DNA of 33,252 nt, taken from the NCBI GenBank assembly GCA_013697265.1, contig JACCXE010000102.1, positions 1 to 33,252 of the forward strand. The letters are read 5' to 3'. A model generated the notes under the pieces. That model saw nothing but the letters and a program-made list of their open reading frames with translations. It made no database searches and was not told where the DNA came from. The DNA is from Actinomycetota bacterium (GTDB taxonomy: Bacteria; Actinomycetota; Acidimicrobiia; Acidimicrobiales; JACCXE01). How positions within the stretch are numbered: position 1 is the stretch's first letter; each line of letters opens with the position of its first letter. The position numbers and the translations under genes were made by a program. Positions 7,680 through 17,003 of this stretch are shown piece by piece.

Positions 7680-8561
7680 ATGAAGGGGATTGTTCTTGCC
7701 GGAGGCAGCGGCACGCGCCTGCACCCGGTAACGCTCGGGGTGTCGAAACAACTGCTGCCGGTTTACGACAAGCCGATGGTCTACTACCCGCTGTCTGTGC
7801 TGATGCTGGCGGGCATCCGCGACATCCTGATCATCTCCACGCCCCACGACCTGCCGCTGTTCAAACAGCTACTGGGGGACGGCACGAGCATCGGCGTGTC
7901 CTTCACCTACGCCGAGCAACCCACGCCGGGCGGCCTGGCTGAAGCATTTCTCATCGGTGCCGATTTCGTGGGCGACGACTCGGTCTGTCTTGTGCTCGGC
8001 GACAACATCTTCCACGCCGAGGGCCTCGGTGACCTGCTGCACAACGCGGTGGCCACGCTCAATGGCGCGACCGTCTTCGGCTACAAGGTCGACGACGCCG
8101 AGCGCTACGGCGTTGCCGAGGTCGACGCGGACGGACGCGTGACGTCCATCGAAGAGAAGCCGGCGAAGCCGAAGTCGAACATCGCGGTGACGGGGTTGTA
8201 CTTCTACGACAACGACGTGGTGCAAATCGCGGCGGACCTGCCGCGCTCGGCGCGGGGCGAACTCGAGATCACCGACGTGAATCGCGTTTATCTCGACAAG
8301 GGCCGACTGAACATGGTGAAACTCGGCCGCGGTACCGCGTGGCTCGACACGGGCACCCACGACTCGCTGCTCGAGGCGGGCACGTTCGTGCAGGCGCTAA
8401 TCCATCGCCAGGGTTTGCAGATCGCGTGCCTCGAAGAGATCGCGTTTCGCCAAGGCTTCATCGACTTAAACCAGCTCACCGTGCTCGCCGACAAGCTCGG
8501 CAAGTCGCGCTACGGCGAGTACCTCCGCGCCGTGTCGGCCGACCCCGATCGGTTCGCGTAG
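7680..8561 (+). CDS. rmlA: glucose-1-phosphate thymidylyltransferase
   Basis: [53 protein letters not shown] is a near-canonical RmlA N-terminus, and the length is full. Confidence 0.95.
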   Translation: MKGIVLAGGSGTRLHPVTLGVSKQLLPVYDKPMVYYPLSVLMLAGIRDILIISTPHDLPLFKQLLGDGTSIGVSFTYAEQPTPGGLAEAFLIGADFVGDDSVCLVLGDNIFHAEGLGDLLHNAVATLNGATVFGYKVDDAERYGVAEVDADGRVTSIEEKPAKPKSNIAVTGLYFYDNDVVQIAADLPRSARGELEITDVNRVYLDKGRLNMVKLGRGTAWLDTGTHDSLLEAGTFVQALIHRQGLQIACLEEIAFRQGFIDLNQLTVLADKLGKSRYGEYLRAVSADPDRFA

Positions 8562-8563
8562 GC

Positions 8564-8944
8564 GTGGCGTTTCCCCGCAACGAGCGCACCAGCCGGCTCG
8601 GCCTCGTCGCGTTGCTGCTTGTCGCCGGCACGGCCCATTTCTTGGCGCCGAAGCAGTTCGACGACATCGTGCCCAAGTTCCTCGGCAACAGCCGGATCTG
8701 GACCTATGCCAGCGGTTTGGGCGAACTCACCGGCGCGGCCCTGCTCGCCCGCCGCTCCACGTCGCGCCTCGGCGGGTGGTGGGCGGCAGCCCTGTTGGTG
8801 ATCGTTTTCCCGGGCAACGTCTACGCCGCGGTAAAGCCAGTACCGCCTTTTGACAACCCGGTGCTCGGTTACGGCCGCCTACCGCTCCAGATTCCGCTGG
8901 TGCTCTGGGCCCTGCGCCACGCCCGCAGTTCAAATCCCCAGTAG
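8564..8944 (+). CDS. small DoxX-like integral membrane protein
   Basis: The GTG at 8564 lies 2 nt after the rmlA stop. The product has about 4 hydrophobic segments (LGLVALLLVAGTAHFLAP..., WWAAALLVIVFPGNVYAA) and resembles the DoxX-like family 'FPANI' region. The ORF-track start at 8339 overlaps rmlA. Confidence 0.6.
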   Translation: MAFPRNERTSRLGLVALLLVAGTAHFLAPKQFDDIVPKFLGNSRIWTYASGLGELTGAALLARRSTSRLGGWWAAALLVIVFPGNVYAAVKPVPPFDNPVLGYGRLPLQIPLVLWALRHARSSNPQ

Positions 8945-8970
8945 GGGCCCGAAGTAGCCTCTACGGCTCT

Positions 8971-9936
8971 ATGAAGCTCTTTGTGACTGGCGGGGCCGGG
9001 TTCATCGGGTCGAACTACGTGCGCCACGTGCTGGCCAACACCGACGACGAAGTCACCGTGTACGACGCGTTGACCTACGCCGGCAACCTGTCGACGATGA
9101 AGGACGTGGACGACAGCCCGCGGTACAACTTCGTCAAGGGCAACATCGCAGACCCGGGCACGCTCGAGGACGCGATGTCCGGCCACGATGCGGTGGTCCA
9201 CTTTGCGGCCGAAAGCCACGTGGACCGGTCGATCATCGGGTCCGACGACTTTGTCAACACCAACTGCTTCGGGACAAATGTGGTCATGGACACGGCCCGC
9301 CGGCTCGAGATCGCGCGAGTCATCCACATCGGCACCGACGAGGTATACGGCTCTGTCGAGGTCGGCTCGTCCAAGGAGACAGATCCACTCGAGCCCCGCT
9401 CGCCCTACTCGGCGTCGAAGGCGGGCTCAGACCTCATCGCGCTGTCGTACTGGTCGACGCATGGGTTGCCCGTCACGGTGACGCGCTGCACCAACAACTT
9501 CGGTCCGTTCCAGTTCCCCGAGAAAGTGATCCCGCTGTTCACGACCAACCTGCTCGACGGCGAAAAGCTGCCGCTTTACGGCGACGGATTGAACGAACGC
9601 GACTGGCTCTATGTCGACGACCACTGCACCGGGGTGCACCTGGTGTTAGAGCGCGGCGCGCCCGGCGAGATTTACAACATCGGCGCCGGTAACGAGACGC
9701 CAAACCGCGTCCTCGTCGACAAACTGCTCGCCCTGCACGGCAGCGGCGAGGAGATGGTGGAGTACGTCGAGGATCGCAAAGGCCACGACCGCCGGTACTC
9801 GGTCGACATCACCAAGATCACCGAACTCGGTTGGCACAAGCAACGCACCCTCGACGAAGCCCTCGAAGAAACGGTGGGTTGGTACCGCCACAATCGCTGG
9901 TGGTGGGAGCCGCTCAAGGCCGCGAACGCGAAGTAG
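8971..9936 (+). CDS. rmlB: dTDP-glucose 4,6-dehydratase
   Basis: [21 protein letters not shown].., 'HFAAESHVDRSI', 'YSASKAGSDL', 'YGDGLNERDWLYVDDH'. Confidence 0.95.
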   Translation: MKLFVTGGAGFIGSNYVRHVLANTDDEVTVYDALTYAGNLSTMKDVDDSPRYNFVKGNIADPGTLEDAMSGHDAVVHFAAESHVDRSIIGSDDFVNTNCFGTNVVMDTARRLEIARVIHIGTDEVYGSVEVGSSKETDPLEPRSPYSASKAGSDLIALSYWSTHGLPVTVTRCTNNFGPFQFPEKVIPLFTTNLLDGEKLPLYGDGLNERDWLYVDDHCTGVHLVLERGAPGEIYNIGAGNETPNRVLVDKLLALHGSGEEMVEYVEDRKGHDRRYSVDITKITELGWHKQRTLDEALEETVGWYRHNRWWWEPLKAANAK

Positions 9937-9938
9937 CC

Positions 9939-10775
9939 GTGCGCGTTCTCATCACCGGCGCGGGCGGACAGCTCGGCCACGACCTCGTCGACACGTTCGC
10001 CGAGGTCCGTTACGAAGTCGTAGCGACCACGCACGCGTCGATGGACCTCACCGATCGCGACGCGGTGCTCTCTACGGTCGTTTCCGCCGAGCCCGACGTG
10101 ATAATTCACGCCGCGGCGTGGACCGCGGTCGACGCCTGCGAGGCCGACCCCGACAGGGCTTTCGCGGTTAACGCGGTCGGAACCCGCAACGTCGCCGAAG
10201 GGGCGCGACGTACTGGTGCCCACGTCGTGTACATCTCGACCGACTACGTCTTCGGCGGCACGAAAGACGGGCCGTATCGCGAGTGGGACGAGCCTGCGCC
10301 CCACACCGTCTACGGCGCGTCGAAGCTGGCCGGCGAGCGCGAGATCGACTCCGGCCACGCCATCGTGCGCACCAGCTGGGTCTGCGGAGCCAATGGCAAC
10401 AACTTCGTGAAGACCATGCTGCGCCTCGCCGCTGAACGCGATACCTGGGGCGTCGTCGACGATCAACGCGGCTGTCCGTCGTTCACCGCCGACCTGGCTG
10501 TCGCGATCAAGCGGCTTGCCGTCGGCCGCCTGCCCGGCGTGTTTCACCTGAGCAATCAGGGCCCGACCACGTGGTACGGCTTTGCGTGCGCGATCCTTGA
10601 GGCGGCCGGGCACGACCCGCAAAGGATCTCGCCGATCACCACCGCTGATTACCCAGTACCGGCGCCCCGACCGGCGAATTCTGTGCTCGACAACGGCGCC
10701 TGGCGTCTCGCCGGATTTGAAGCACTTGACGAGTGGCACGCGCCGCTCGCCCGCATTATCAAGGAGATCACCTGA
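9939..10775 (+). CDS. rmlD: dTDP-4-dehydrorhamnose reductase
   Basis: The GTG at 9939 lies 2 nt after the rmlB stop. VRVLITGAGGQLGHDLV.., 'IIHAAAWTAVDACE', 'YISTDYVFGG', 'YGASKLAGE'. Confidence 0.9.
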   Translation: MRVLITGAGGQLGHDLVDTFAEVRYEVVATTHASMDLTDRDAVLSTVVSAEPDVIIHAAAWTAVDACEADPDRAFAVNAVGTRNVAEGARRTGAHVVYISTDYVFGGTKDGPYREWDEPAPHTVYGASKLAGEREIDSGHAIVRTSWVCGANGNNFVKTMLRLAAERDTWGVVDDQRGCPSFTADLAVAIKRLAVGRLPGVFHLSNQGPTTWYGFACAILEAAGHDPQRISPITTADYPVPAPRPANSVLDNGAWRLAGFEALDEWHAPLARIIKEIT

Positions 10776-12046
10776 TGGCCGACATCGCCGTAATCGGAAC
10801 TGGCTACGTCGGCCTCACCACCGGCGCGTACCTGGCCCACCTCGGCCACAACGTCACATGCGCCGACGTGATCGAGGAAAAGGTCGAGGCGCTTACCCGA
10901 GGTGAGGTACCGATCCACGAAGACGGCCTCACCGACATGGTCAACGAAGGGATCCACGCCGGTCGCCTGCGCTTCGTGTTCGGCGCCACGGCCGCGGTAC
11001 ACGACGCCGAGTTCGTCTTCCTGTGTCTGCCCACGCCCCAGGGCGAGGACGGCACGGCCGATCTGTCCTACGTCGAATCGGTCGCGCGCGAGATCGCGTC
11101 CCACGTGCGTAGCGACGGCATCGTGGTGAACAAATCCACTGTCCCGGTTGGATCGAATCTGCGCGTCGCAGCGCTGCTCAACCGCGACGACGTGCACGTC
11201 GTGTCCAACCCCGAGTTCTTGCGCGAGGGACAGGCGCTGCACGACTCGCTCAACCCCGATCGCATCGTGATCGGCGCGTACGATCAAGAAGCGGCGCTAC
11301 GCCTCGTCGAGTTGTACGAGTCGCTGCACGCGCCCGTGCTCGTGACCGACCCCGCCTCGGCCGAGACGATCAAATACGTGGCCAACGCCTTCCTGGCCAC
11401 CAAGGTCAGCTTCATCAACGCGGTCGCACACTTCTGCGAGCTGGTCGGCGCCGACGTGAAAGATGTGGCGCTCGGCATGGGCCAAGACAAGCGCATCGGC
11501 TTCGAGTTCCTGAAGCCCGGTCCTGGTTGGGGCGGTTCGTGTTTTCCGAAAGATACGCGGGCGCTGATTCACATGGCCGAAGACCGCGGCTACGGGTTCG
11601 ACCTGTTGCGCAGCGTCGTGTCTGTCAACGACGAGCAATACGAACGGGTAGTCGAGAAGATCGCGTTCGCCGCCGGCGGCTCCATCGAAGGCAAGACGGT
11701 CGGCGTGTGGGGACTCACGTTCAAGGCCCGCACCGACGACATGCGCGAGTCGCCGTCGCTGTTCGTGGTCGAGCGCCTTCTGGCTCAGGGGGCGACGGTC
11801 AACGCGTTCGACCCGATGGTGAAGAAGGAACTCGACCGCATCAACGTGTGCGCCGACGCGTACGCGGCGGTCGAGGGTGCAGACGTGCTCGCAGTGCTCA
11901 CCGAGTGGGACGAATTTCGGTACCTCGACCTCGCCAAGGTGAAGGCGCTTATCGGCATGCCGACGATCGTCGACGCCCGCAACCTGCTTGATCCGGTTTC
12001 GGTCCGCCGTCACGGCTTTACCTACGACGGCATCGGCCGGCTCTAG
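10775..12046 (+). CDS. ugd: UDP-glucose 6-dehydrogenase
   Basis: [27 protein letters not shown].., '[14 protein letters not shown]', '[15 protein letters not shown]'. The ATG overlaps the rmlD stop (TGATG). Confidence 0.92.
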   Translation: MADIAVIGTGYVGLTTGAYLAHLGHNVTCADVIEEKVEALTRGEVPIHEDGLTDMVNEGIHAGRLRFVFGATAAVHDAEFVFLCLPTPQGEDGTADLSYVESVAREIASHVRSDGIVVNKSTVPVGSNLRVAALLNRDDVHVVSNPEFLREGQALHDSLNPDRIVIGAYDQEAALRLVELYESLHAPVLVTDPASAETIKYVANAFLATKVSFINAVAHFCELVGADVKDVALGMGQDKRIGFEFLKPGPGWGGSCFPKDTRALIHMAEDRGYGFDLLRSVVSVNDEQYERVVEKIAFAAGGSIEGKTVGVWGLTFKARTDDMRESPSLFVVERLLAQGATVNAFDPMVKKELDRINVCADAYAAVEGADVLAVLTEWDEFRYLDLAKVKALIGMPTIVDARNLLDPVSVRRHGFTYDGIGRL

Positions 12047-12990
12047 TGCGCGTAGTCGTCACCGGTGGCGCCGGGTTCATCGGCTCACACCTTTGCCGTG
12101 CGCTGCTCGATCGCGGTGATCAGGTCACCGCGATCGACAACTTGCTCACCGGCAACATTGCCAACATCGAAGAGCTGTTTGGCAATCCAGCCTTCACCTT
12201 CGTGCGCCACGATGTGAGCCAGTATGTCCACGTCCCCGGACGCGTCGACGCGGTGTTGCACTTCGCCAGCCCGGCCAGCCCAGCCGACTTCGAGCGGATC
12301 CCGATTCAAATCCTCAAGGTGGGAAGCCTGGGCACACTGCACATGCTGGGCGTGGCCAAGGAAAAAGGGGCGCGCTTCCTGCTCGCCTCTACAAGCGAGG
12401 TGTACGGCGACCCGCAGGTGCACCCGCAGCCCGAGACCTATTGGGGTCACGTGAACCCGATCGGCCCGCGCGGTGTCTACGACGAGGCCAAGCGGTTCGC
12501 GGAAGCGATGACGTTTGCTTATCACCGGGCCCACGCCGTCGACGTCCGCGTCGCCCGCATCTTCAACACATTCGGACCGCGCATGCGGCCCGACGACGGA
12601 CGCCTGGTCACGAACCTGTTGGTGCAGGGGCTCACCGGTAAACCGCTCACCATCTACGGCGACGGCTCGCAGACGCGTAGCTTCTGTTACATCGACGACG
12701 AAGTGCGCGGCCTGCTCGCGCTGCTCGACTCGGACTACGTCGGGCCTGTGAATATCGGCAACCCGAACGAGTACACCGTCGGCGAGTTCGCCGCCATCGC
12801 GCGAGAGGTAACCGGCAACCTGTCTGAGATAGTGCACGAGCCGCTGCCGGTGGATGACCCTATGCAGCGCCAGCCCGACATCACCCTGGCCGAGTCGTTG
12901 TTGGACTGGTCACCGCAGGTTGGTCTGCGCGAGGGCCTCGAGCGCACCGCCGAATACTTCCGCGCCATCCTCGCGGCTGAAGTCGCTTGA
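12046..12990 (+). CDS. uxs: UDP-glucuronate decarboxylase (UDP-xylose synthase)
   Basis: [17 protein letters not shown].., '[36 protein letters not shown]', '[18 protein letters not shown]', '[15 protein letters not shown]'. These are UXS-type motifs. The GTG overlaps the ugd stop (TAGTG). Confidence 0.88.
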   Translation: MRVVVTGGAGFIGSHLCRALLDRGDQVTAIDNLLTGNIANIEELFGNPAFTFVRHDVSQYVHVPGRVDAVLHFASPASPADFERIPIQILKVGSLGTLHMLGVAKEKGARFLLASTSEVYGDPQVHPQPETYWGHVNPIGPRGVYDEAKRFAEAMTFAYHRAHAVDVRVARIFNTFGPRMRPDDGRLVTNLLVQGLTGKPLTIYGDGSQTRSFCYIDDEVRGLLALLDSDYVGPVNIGNPNEYTVGEFAAIAREVTGNLSEIVHEPLPVDDPMQRQPDITLAESLLDWSPQVGLREGLERTAEYFRAILAAEVA

Positions 12991-13856
12991 CGTCGTTGCC
13001 CGAGCGCGTCGCCGCGGTGGTGGTGAACTACAACGCTGGCGATTACCTGCTCGACTGCGTTCGCTCCTTGCGTGAGGCGGATGTCCTGCACGTCGTCGTC
13101 GCCGACAACGCCAGCACCGATAATTCGCTCGCGGCGGTCCGCGCCGCCGATCCCGAGGTCATCGTCGTCGAGACAGGCGGGAACTTCGGCTACGGGGGTG
13201 GGGTCAATCGCGGGACGGTCGCGTCACCCCCCAGTGCTGACGTGTTGCTGGTCTGCAACGCCGACTTGATCATCGAGCCGGCGGCCGTGAAGACGATGGT
13301 GGCCGCGCTCGACGCCGAGGCCGGTGTGGGAATCGTCGGACCCCGGATCAACAACACCGACGGCACGCTGTATCCGTCGGGTCGCATCGTCCCGGGCCCA
13401 TTCGACGCGGTCGGTCACGCCTTCCTCGGCATGGTCATGCCGAACAACCGCTTCACCCGCCGCTACCGGATGCTCGACGTCGACCAGTCGGTGGCACGCG
13501 AGGTCGACTGGATCTCGGGCGCATGCTTCGCCATCCGCCGCGACCTCTTCGACCGCCTCGGTGGTTTCAACGAAGATTTCTACATGTACCTCGAAGAGGT
13601 TGACCTGTGCAGCCGGGCCCGCGCTATCGGTGCAGAAATTCGCTATGAGCCTGCGGCCCAAGTTGTGCACGTCGGCGGTGTATCGACGAAACAACTGCCG
13701 TACCGGATGCTCGCCGAGCATCACCGGTCTGTCATGCGGTGGTGGTGGCAGTCCAATCATGGGGTGACGCGATTGCTGGCGCCCTTCGTGGCCCTCGGAC
13801 TGGGCGTGCGCTTCGTGCTAGCTGTGCTGGTCCGCTCCGGACGGAGCGGCAGATGA
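12987..13856 (+). CDS. GT2 glycosyltransferase, WbbL-like (candidate linkage-unit rhamnosyltransferase)
   Basis: '[54 protein letters not shown]'. It occupies the position after rmlD where wbbL1 sits in M. tuberculosis. A TTG start overlaps the uxs stop (TTGA). The start is uncertain. Confidence 0.75.
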   Translation: MTSLPERVAAVVVNYNAGDYLLDCVRSLREADVLHVVVADNASTDNSLAAVRAADPEVIVVETGGNFGYGGGVNRGTVASPPSADVLLVCNADLIIEPAAVKTMVAALDAEAGVGIVGPRINNTDGTLYPSGRIVPGPFDAVGHAFLGMVMPNNRFTRRYRMLDVDQSVAREVDWISGACFAIRRDLFDRLGGFNEDFYMYLEEVDLCSRARAIGAEIRYEPAAQVVHVGGVSTKQLPYRMLAEHHRSVMRWWWQSNHGVTRLLAPFVALGLGVRFVLAVLVRSGRSGR

Positions 13857-14383
13857 CCGGCTCCGTCGAAGGGCGGCCGCCGCTTCTCGGCCGCCACGAC
13901 GCCGTTCCTCGCCGCCGCTGGCAGTGGCTGTTGCCGCTCTTGGTCGGCCTCGCCGTGGTTGGCCTGGCCGCCGGTCTGGTCGTTCGGTTCACCAACCGCA
14001 ACGACAACCCGCGACACGCGGTGTCGAGCTACCTCGACGCGGTGCAGCACGGCAAGACCCGCAGGGCCTACGGCCAGCTGTGCGACGCCTTTCACAAGGC
14101 GGTGAGCTATGAGGACTTCGACGCCAAGTCCAAAGCCGAACGGGCGTCTTCCGGGGGCGTCCTCGGGTCCAAGATCGCCCGTATCGAGCCCAGGACCAAC
14201 GGTCAGCGTCTGGCGACCTACACGGTGCGGCGAGAGGCGGGCGACACCGTTGTCGACGCCGCTCTGGTGCGGGAGCACGGCGACTGGCGGCTGTGCGGGT
14301 TCCGGCCCCGCCCCCTGTCGGACGACGACACCTCTGTTCCACCGGCGCCGGTTGACACCGGGGGAACAACAACCACGCGGTAA
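13853..14383 (+). CDS. hypothetical N-terminally membrane-anchored protein
   Basis: The ATG at 13853 overlaps the upstream stop (ATGA). One TM segment (WQWLLPLLVGLAVVGLAAGLVV) is followed by a roughly 110-aa soluble domain (AVSSYLDAVQHGK..HGDWRLCGF). I recognise no family. Confidence 0.5.
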   Translation: MTGSVEGRPPLLGRHDAVPRRRWQWLLPLLVGLAVVGLAAGLVVRFTNRNDNPRHAVSSYLDAVQHGKTRRAYGQLCDAFHKAVSYEDFDAKSKAERASSGGVLGSKIARIEPRTNGQRLATYTVRREAGDTVVDAALVREHGDWRLCGFRPRPLSDDDTSVPPAPVDTGGTTTTR

Positions 14384-14395
14384 CGTCGCCGGGCT

Positions 14396-15127
14396 ATGGG
14401 TAAGGCCTCGAACGCTAAAAAAGTCAACCGCGCTGCCGCAACCGGCGGCGGCCGCACGGCAGGAAAGCGCACTCCGGTGCTGTGGTATTCCGCCATTTTC
14501 ATGGTCGTCGTGATTGGTGTGCTCGGCGTCGCCCTGTCCTCCAAGAACATCGCCGACAAGCAGGCCTCGGCTGAGGTCACGCCGCCGACGAAGAAAGACC
14601 ACTGGCACGCGGCCTACGGCTTCAACCTTTGTGGCGAGTGGGCCAGCGCGTTGAACGACGGCGCCGCGGGCGACACCACCGGCATTCACACCCACGGCGA
14701 CGGCCTGATCCACACGCACCCGTTCCTCAATTCGGTCACGGGCAAGAACGCAACGTTCGGCAAGCTGATGAAGATCACCGATACCGCGGTCACCGCGACG
14801 TCGGTTGACCTCAAGCGTGACAATGAGAAGTTGAAGAACGGCGACAAGTGCGGCAGCAAACCGGGCGTGCTGACGGCCCGCAGCTTCAAGAACCTCGAGG
14901 ACAAAGCGGGCACCGAGCTCAAGGGCAGTCCGTCGGCATGGAGGATCAAGGACGGCACGCTGATCACAATCAGCTTCAACCCCAAGGGCTTCAAGGTCGA
15001 GCAGCCGCCGTCGGCCGGCAACCTGTCGGACCCCAAGGACCTCGGTCAAACTCCCCAGCCGACCCCGGCTTCTACCCCGGCGCCCACCTCGGAGACCACC
15101 TCGGCCCCGCCAACGTCGGCTCCGTGA
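14396..15127 (+). CDS. hypothetical membrane-anchored protein with His/Cys cluster and Pro/Thr-rich tail
   Basis: The TM segment is VLWYSAIFMVVVIGVLGVAL. The cluster is 'HWHAAYGFNLCGEW...GIHTHGDGLIHTHPF'. The C-terminal tail is QTPQPTPASTPAPTSETTSAPPTSAP. Codon bias is consistent with the neighbouring genes. Confidence 0.5.
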   Translation: MGKASNAKKVNRAAATGGGRTAGKRTPVLWYSAIFMVVVIGVLGVALSSKNIADKQASAEVTPPTKKDHWHAAYGFNLCGEWASALNDGAAGDTTGIHTHGDGLIHTHPFLNSVTGKNATFGKLMKITDTAVTATSVDLKRDNEKLKNGDKCGSKPGVLTARSFKNLEDKAGTELKGSPSAWRIKDGTLITISFNPKGFKVEQPPSAGNLSDPKDLGQTPQPTPASTPAPTSETTSAPPTSAP

Positions 15128-16053
15128 AGGCCATAGTCCTCGTCGGTGGCGAGGGCACCCGCCTTCGTCCGCTGACCTACACCACGCCCAAGCAGCTGCT
15201 GCCCGTCGCCGGTGTGCCCATGCTTGAGCGGGTGGTGGCCCACCTGGCCGCACACGGGATCGACGAGGTTGTGCTGTCGATGGGATACAAACCGGCCGCG
15301 TTCCTCGAGGCGTATCCGAGCGACACCTGTGCGGGTGTGCCCGTCCGTTACGTCGTGGAGGCGGAGCCGCTCGACACCGGTGGCGCGATCGCGTACGCGG
15401 CTGACGAGGCCGGCGTAAACGAACGCTTCGTCGTGGTGAACGGCGACGTGCTCACCGACGTCGACTTCAGCGCGCTGATCAACAGCCACGCCGAGTCCGG
15501 CGCGCTCACCACGATCGGGCTGACACCGGTCGACGACCCGAGTCGATTCGGCGTGGTCGTCACCGACGGCGACGGGCGCGTCACTGCGTTCATCGAGAAG
15601 CCGCCCGCGGGAAGCGCGCCGACCAACCTGATCAACGCGGGCATCTACGTAATGGAGCCCGGCGCGCTGGACGTGATCGAGCGCGGGCGGCGCGTGTCGG
15701 TCGAGCGCGAAGTGTTCCCCGCGATGGTGGACCAGGGCACATTGTTCGCGTCGGCTTGTCCCGGCTACTGGATCGACACCGGTAACCCTGCCAGCTACAT
15801 CCAGGCCAACATCGACATCGGCGGCGCGTCTGCGATCGACCCCACGGCCAAGATCGACCCCGACGCGGTGATCGTCGATGCGGTCGTGCACGCCCACGCG
15901 GTGGTCGAGGCCGGGGCCCGGGTCGACCACGCAATCATCGGCGCAAACGCGGTGGTGGGCGCGGGCGCGGTCGTGAGGGACTACTCGGTCGTGGGGCCTG
16001 GCGCCAACGTTCCCGCCGGCGCGGAAGTCGTGGGCCAGCAGGTCGCCGAATGA
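15124..16053 (+). CDS. NDP-sugar pyrophosphorylase, mannose-1-phosphate guanylyltransferase-like
   Basis: The GTG overlaps the upstream stop (GTGA). 'VKAIVLVGGEGTRLRPLTYTTPKQLLPV' is the nucleotidyltransferase signature. The C-terminus has left-handed beta-helix-like hexapeptide repeats (IDPDAVIVDAVVHAHAVVEAGARVDHAIIGANAVVGAGAVV). It is positionally equivalent to M. tuberculosis manB (Rv3264c). Confidence 0.8.
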   Translation: MKAIVLVGGEGTRLRPLTYTTPKQLLPVAGVPMLERVVAHLAAHGIDEVVLSMGYKPAAFLEAYPSDTCAGVPVRYVVEAEPLDTGGAIAYAADEAGVNERFVVVNGDVLTDVDFSALINSHAESGALTTIGLTPVDDPSRFGVVVTDGDGRVTAFIEKPPAGSAPTNLINAGIYVMEPGALDVIERGRRVSVEREVFPAMVDQGTLFASACPGYWIDTGNPASYIQANIDIGGASAIDPTAKIDPDAVIVDAVVHAHAVVEAGARVDHAIIGANAVVGAGAVVRDYSVVGPGANVPAGAEVVGQQVAE

Positions 16054-17003
16054 GGGCGCTGGTCACCGGCGGCGCCGGCTTCATCGGCTCGACCCTCGTC
16101 GACCGGCTGCTGGCCGAGGGCCACGAGGTCGATGTGATCGACGACCTGTCTACCGGGAGTCTGGCCAACCTGGCCGACGCCCGGGCTACGGGTGAGGGCA
16201 GGCTCAAGATCCACACGCTCGATATCCGGTCCCGCGACGTCGTGACGGTGGTGGAGCGCCGTCAACCCGAGGTGATCTTCCACCTCGCTGCGCAGATGGA
16301 CGTACGACTGTCGGTAAAAGACCCCGTGTTCGACGCCGAGGTCAACATCGTGGGCACCCTGAACGTGCTCGAAGGCGCCCGCGCCGCCCACGCGCAGAAG
16401 GTGATCTTCTCGTCGAGCGGCGGCACGATCTACGGCACGGTCGAACCCGTTGACCTGCCCCTGCGCGAAAGCCAACCCCAGCGTCCGCTGTCGCCGTACG
16501 CGGTGGCGAAGAAGGCAGTCTTCGACTATCTGGCTGCGTACCGCGAGCTATACCAACTCGAGTTCACGGTGCTCGCCTTCGGTAACGTCTACGGCCCGCG
16601 CCAGAACCCCCACGGCGAAGCCGGTGTTGTCGCGATCTTCGCCGGGCTGTTGCTCGACGGGCGGCAATGCACTATCTACGGCGACGGTTCCCAGACGCGT
16701 GACTACGTGTACGTCGACGACGTCGTCGACTCGCTGGTGCGCTCGGTCGACCGCGGCGGCGGCCTGCTGTGCAACATCGGTACCGGCATCGAAACCTCCG
16801 TCAGCGAGGTGCACGACGCCGTCGCCCGCGGCGTTGGCGTGCAGGCCGAACCGATTTCCGCCAGTGAACGGCCGGGGGAATTGCCCCGGGTTTCCCTCGA
16901 TCCGGGCCGAGCCGCCATGCAGCTGGGCTGGCAGCCGTGGACCGGGTTCCAGGACGGCGTCAATCAAACCGTCGACTGGTTCCGCACCAAACGCGAGAGC
17001 TAG
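16050..17003 (+). CDS. NAD-dependent sugar epimerase (GalE-like extended SDR)
   Basis: [21 protein letters not shown].., 'SSSGGTIYG', 'YAVAKKA' (YxxxK), '[15 protein letters not shown]'. The ATG overlaps the upstream stop (ATGA). Confidence 0.82.
   Translation: MRALVTGGAGFIGSTLVDRLLAEGHEVDVIDDLSTGSLANLADARATGEGRLKIHTLDIRSRDVVTVVERRQPEVIFHLAAQMDVRLSVKDPVFDAEVNIVGTLNVLEGARAAHAQKVIFSSSGGTIYGTVEPVDLPLRESQPQRPLSPYAVAKKAVFDYLAAYRELYQLEFTVLAFGNVYGPRQNPHGEAGVVAIFAGLLLDGRQCTIYGDGSQTRDYVYVDDVVDSLVRSVDRGGGLLCNIGTGIETSVSEVHDAVARGVGVQAEPISASERPGELPRVSLDPGRAAMQLGWQPWTGFQDGVNQTVDWFRTKRES

Noticed and set aside
6458-7714. 418-aa ORF antisense to the LCP gene
   Set aside because: It is a shadow ORF. The plus strand carries the complete LCP signature, and the antisense translation is Arg/Gly-rich without motifs.
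9672-10739. 355-aa ORF antisense to rmlB/rmlD
   Set aside because: It is a shadow ORF opposite two unambiguous rml genes and crosses their junction.
13757-15253. 498-aa ORF antisense to the wbbL-like end, the two hypothetical genes and the manC-like start
   Set aside because: It has extreme Arg/Gly/Pro/Ala composition and spans four plus-strand genes that are chained by start/stop overlaps. It contains no domain motif. This is a typical high-GC shadow ORF.
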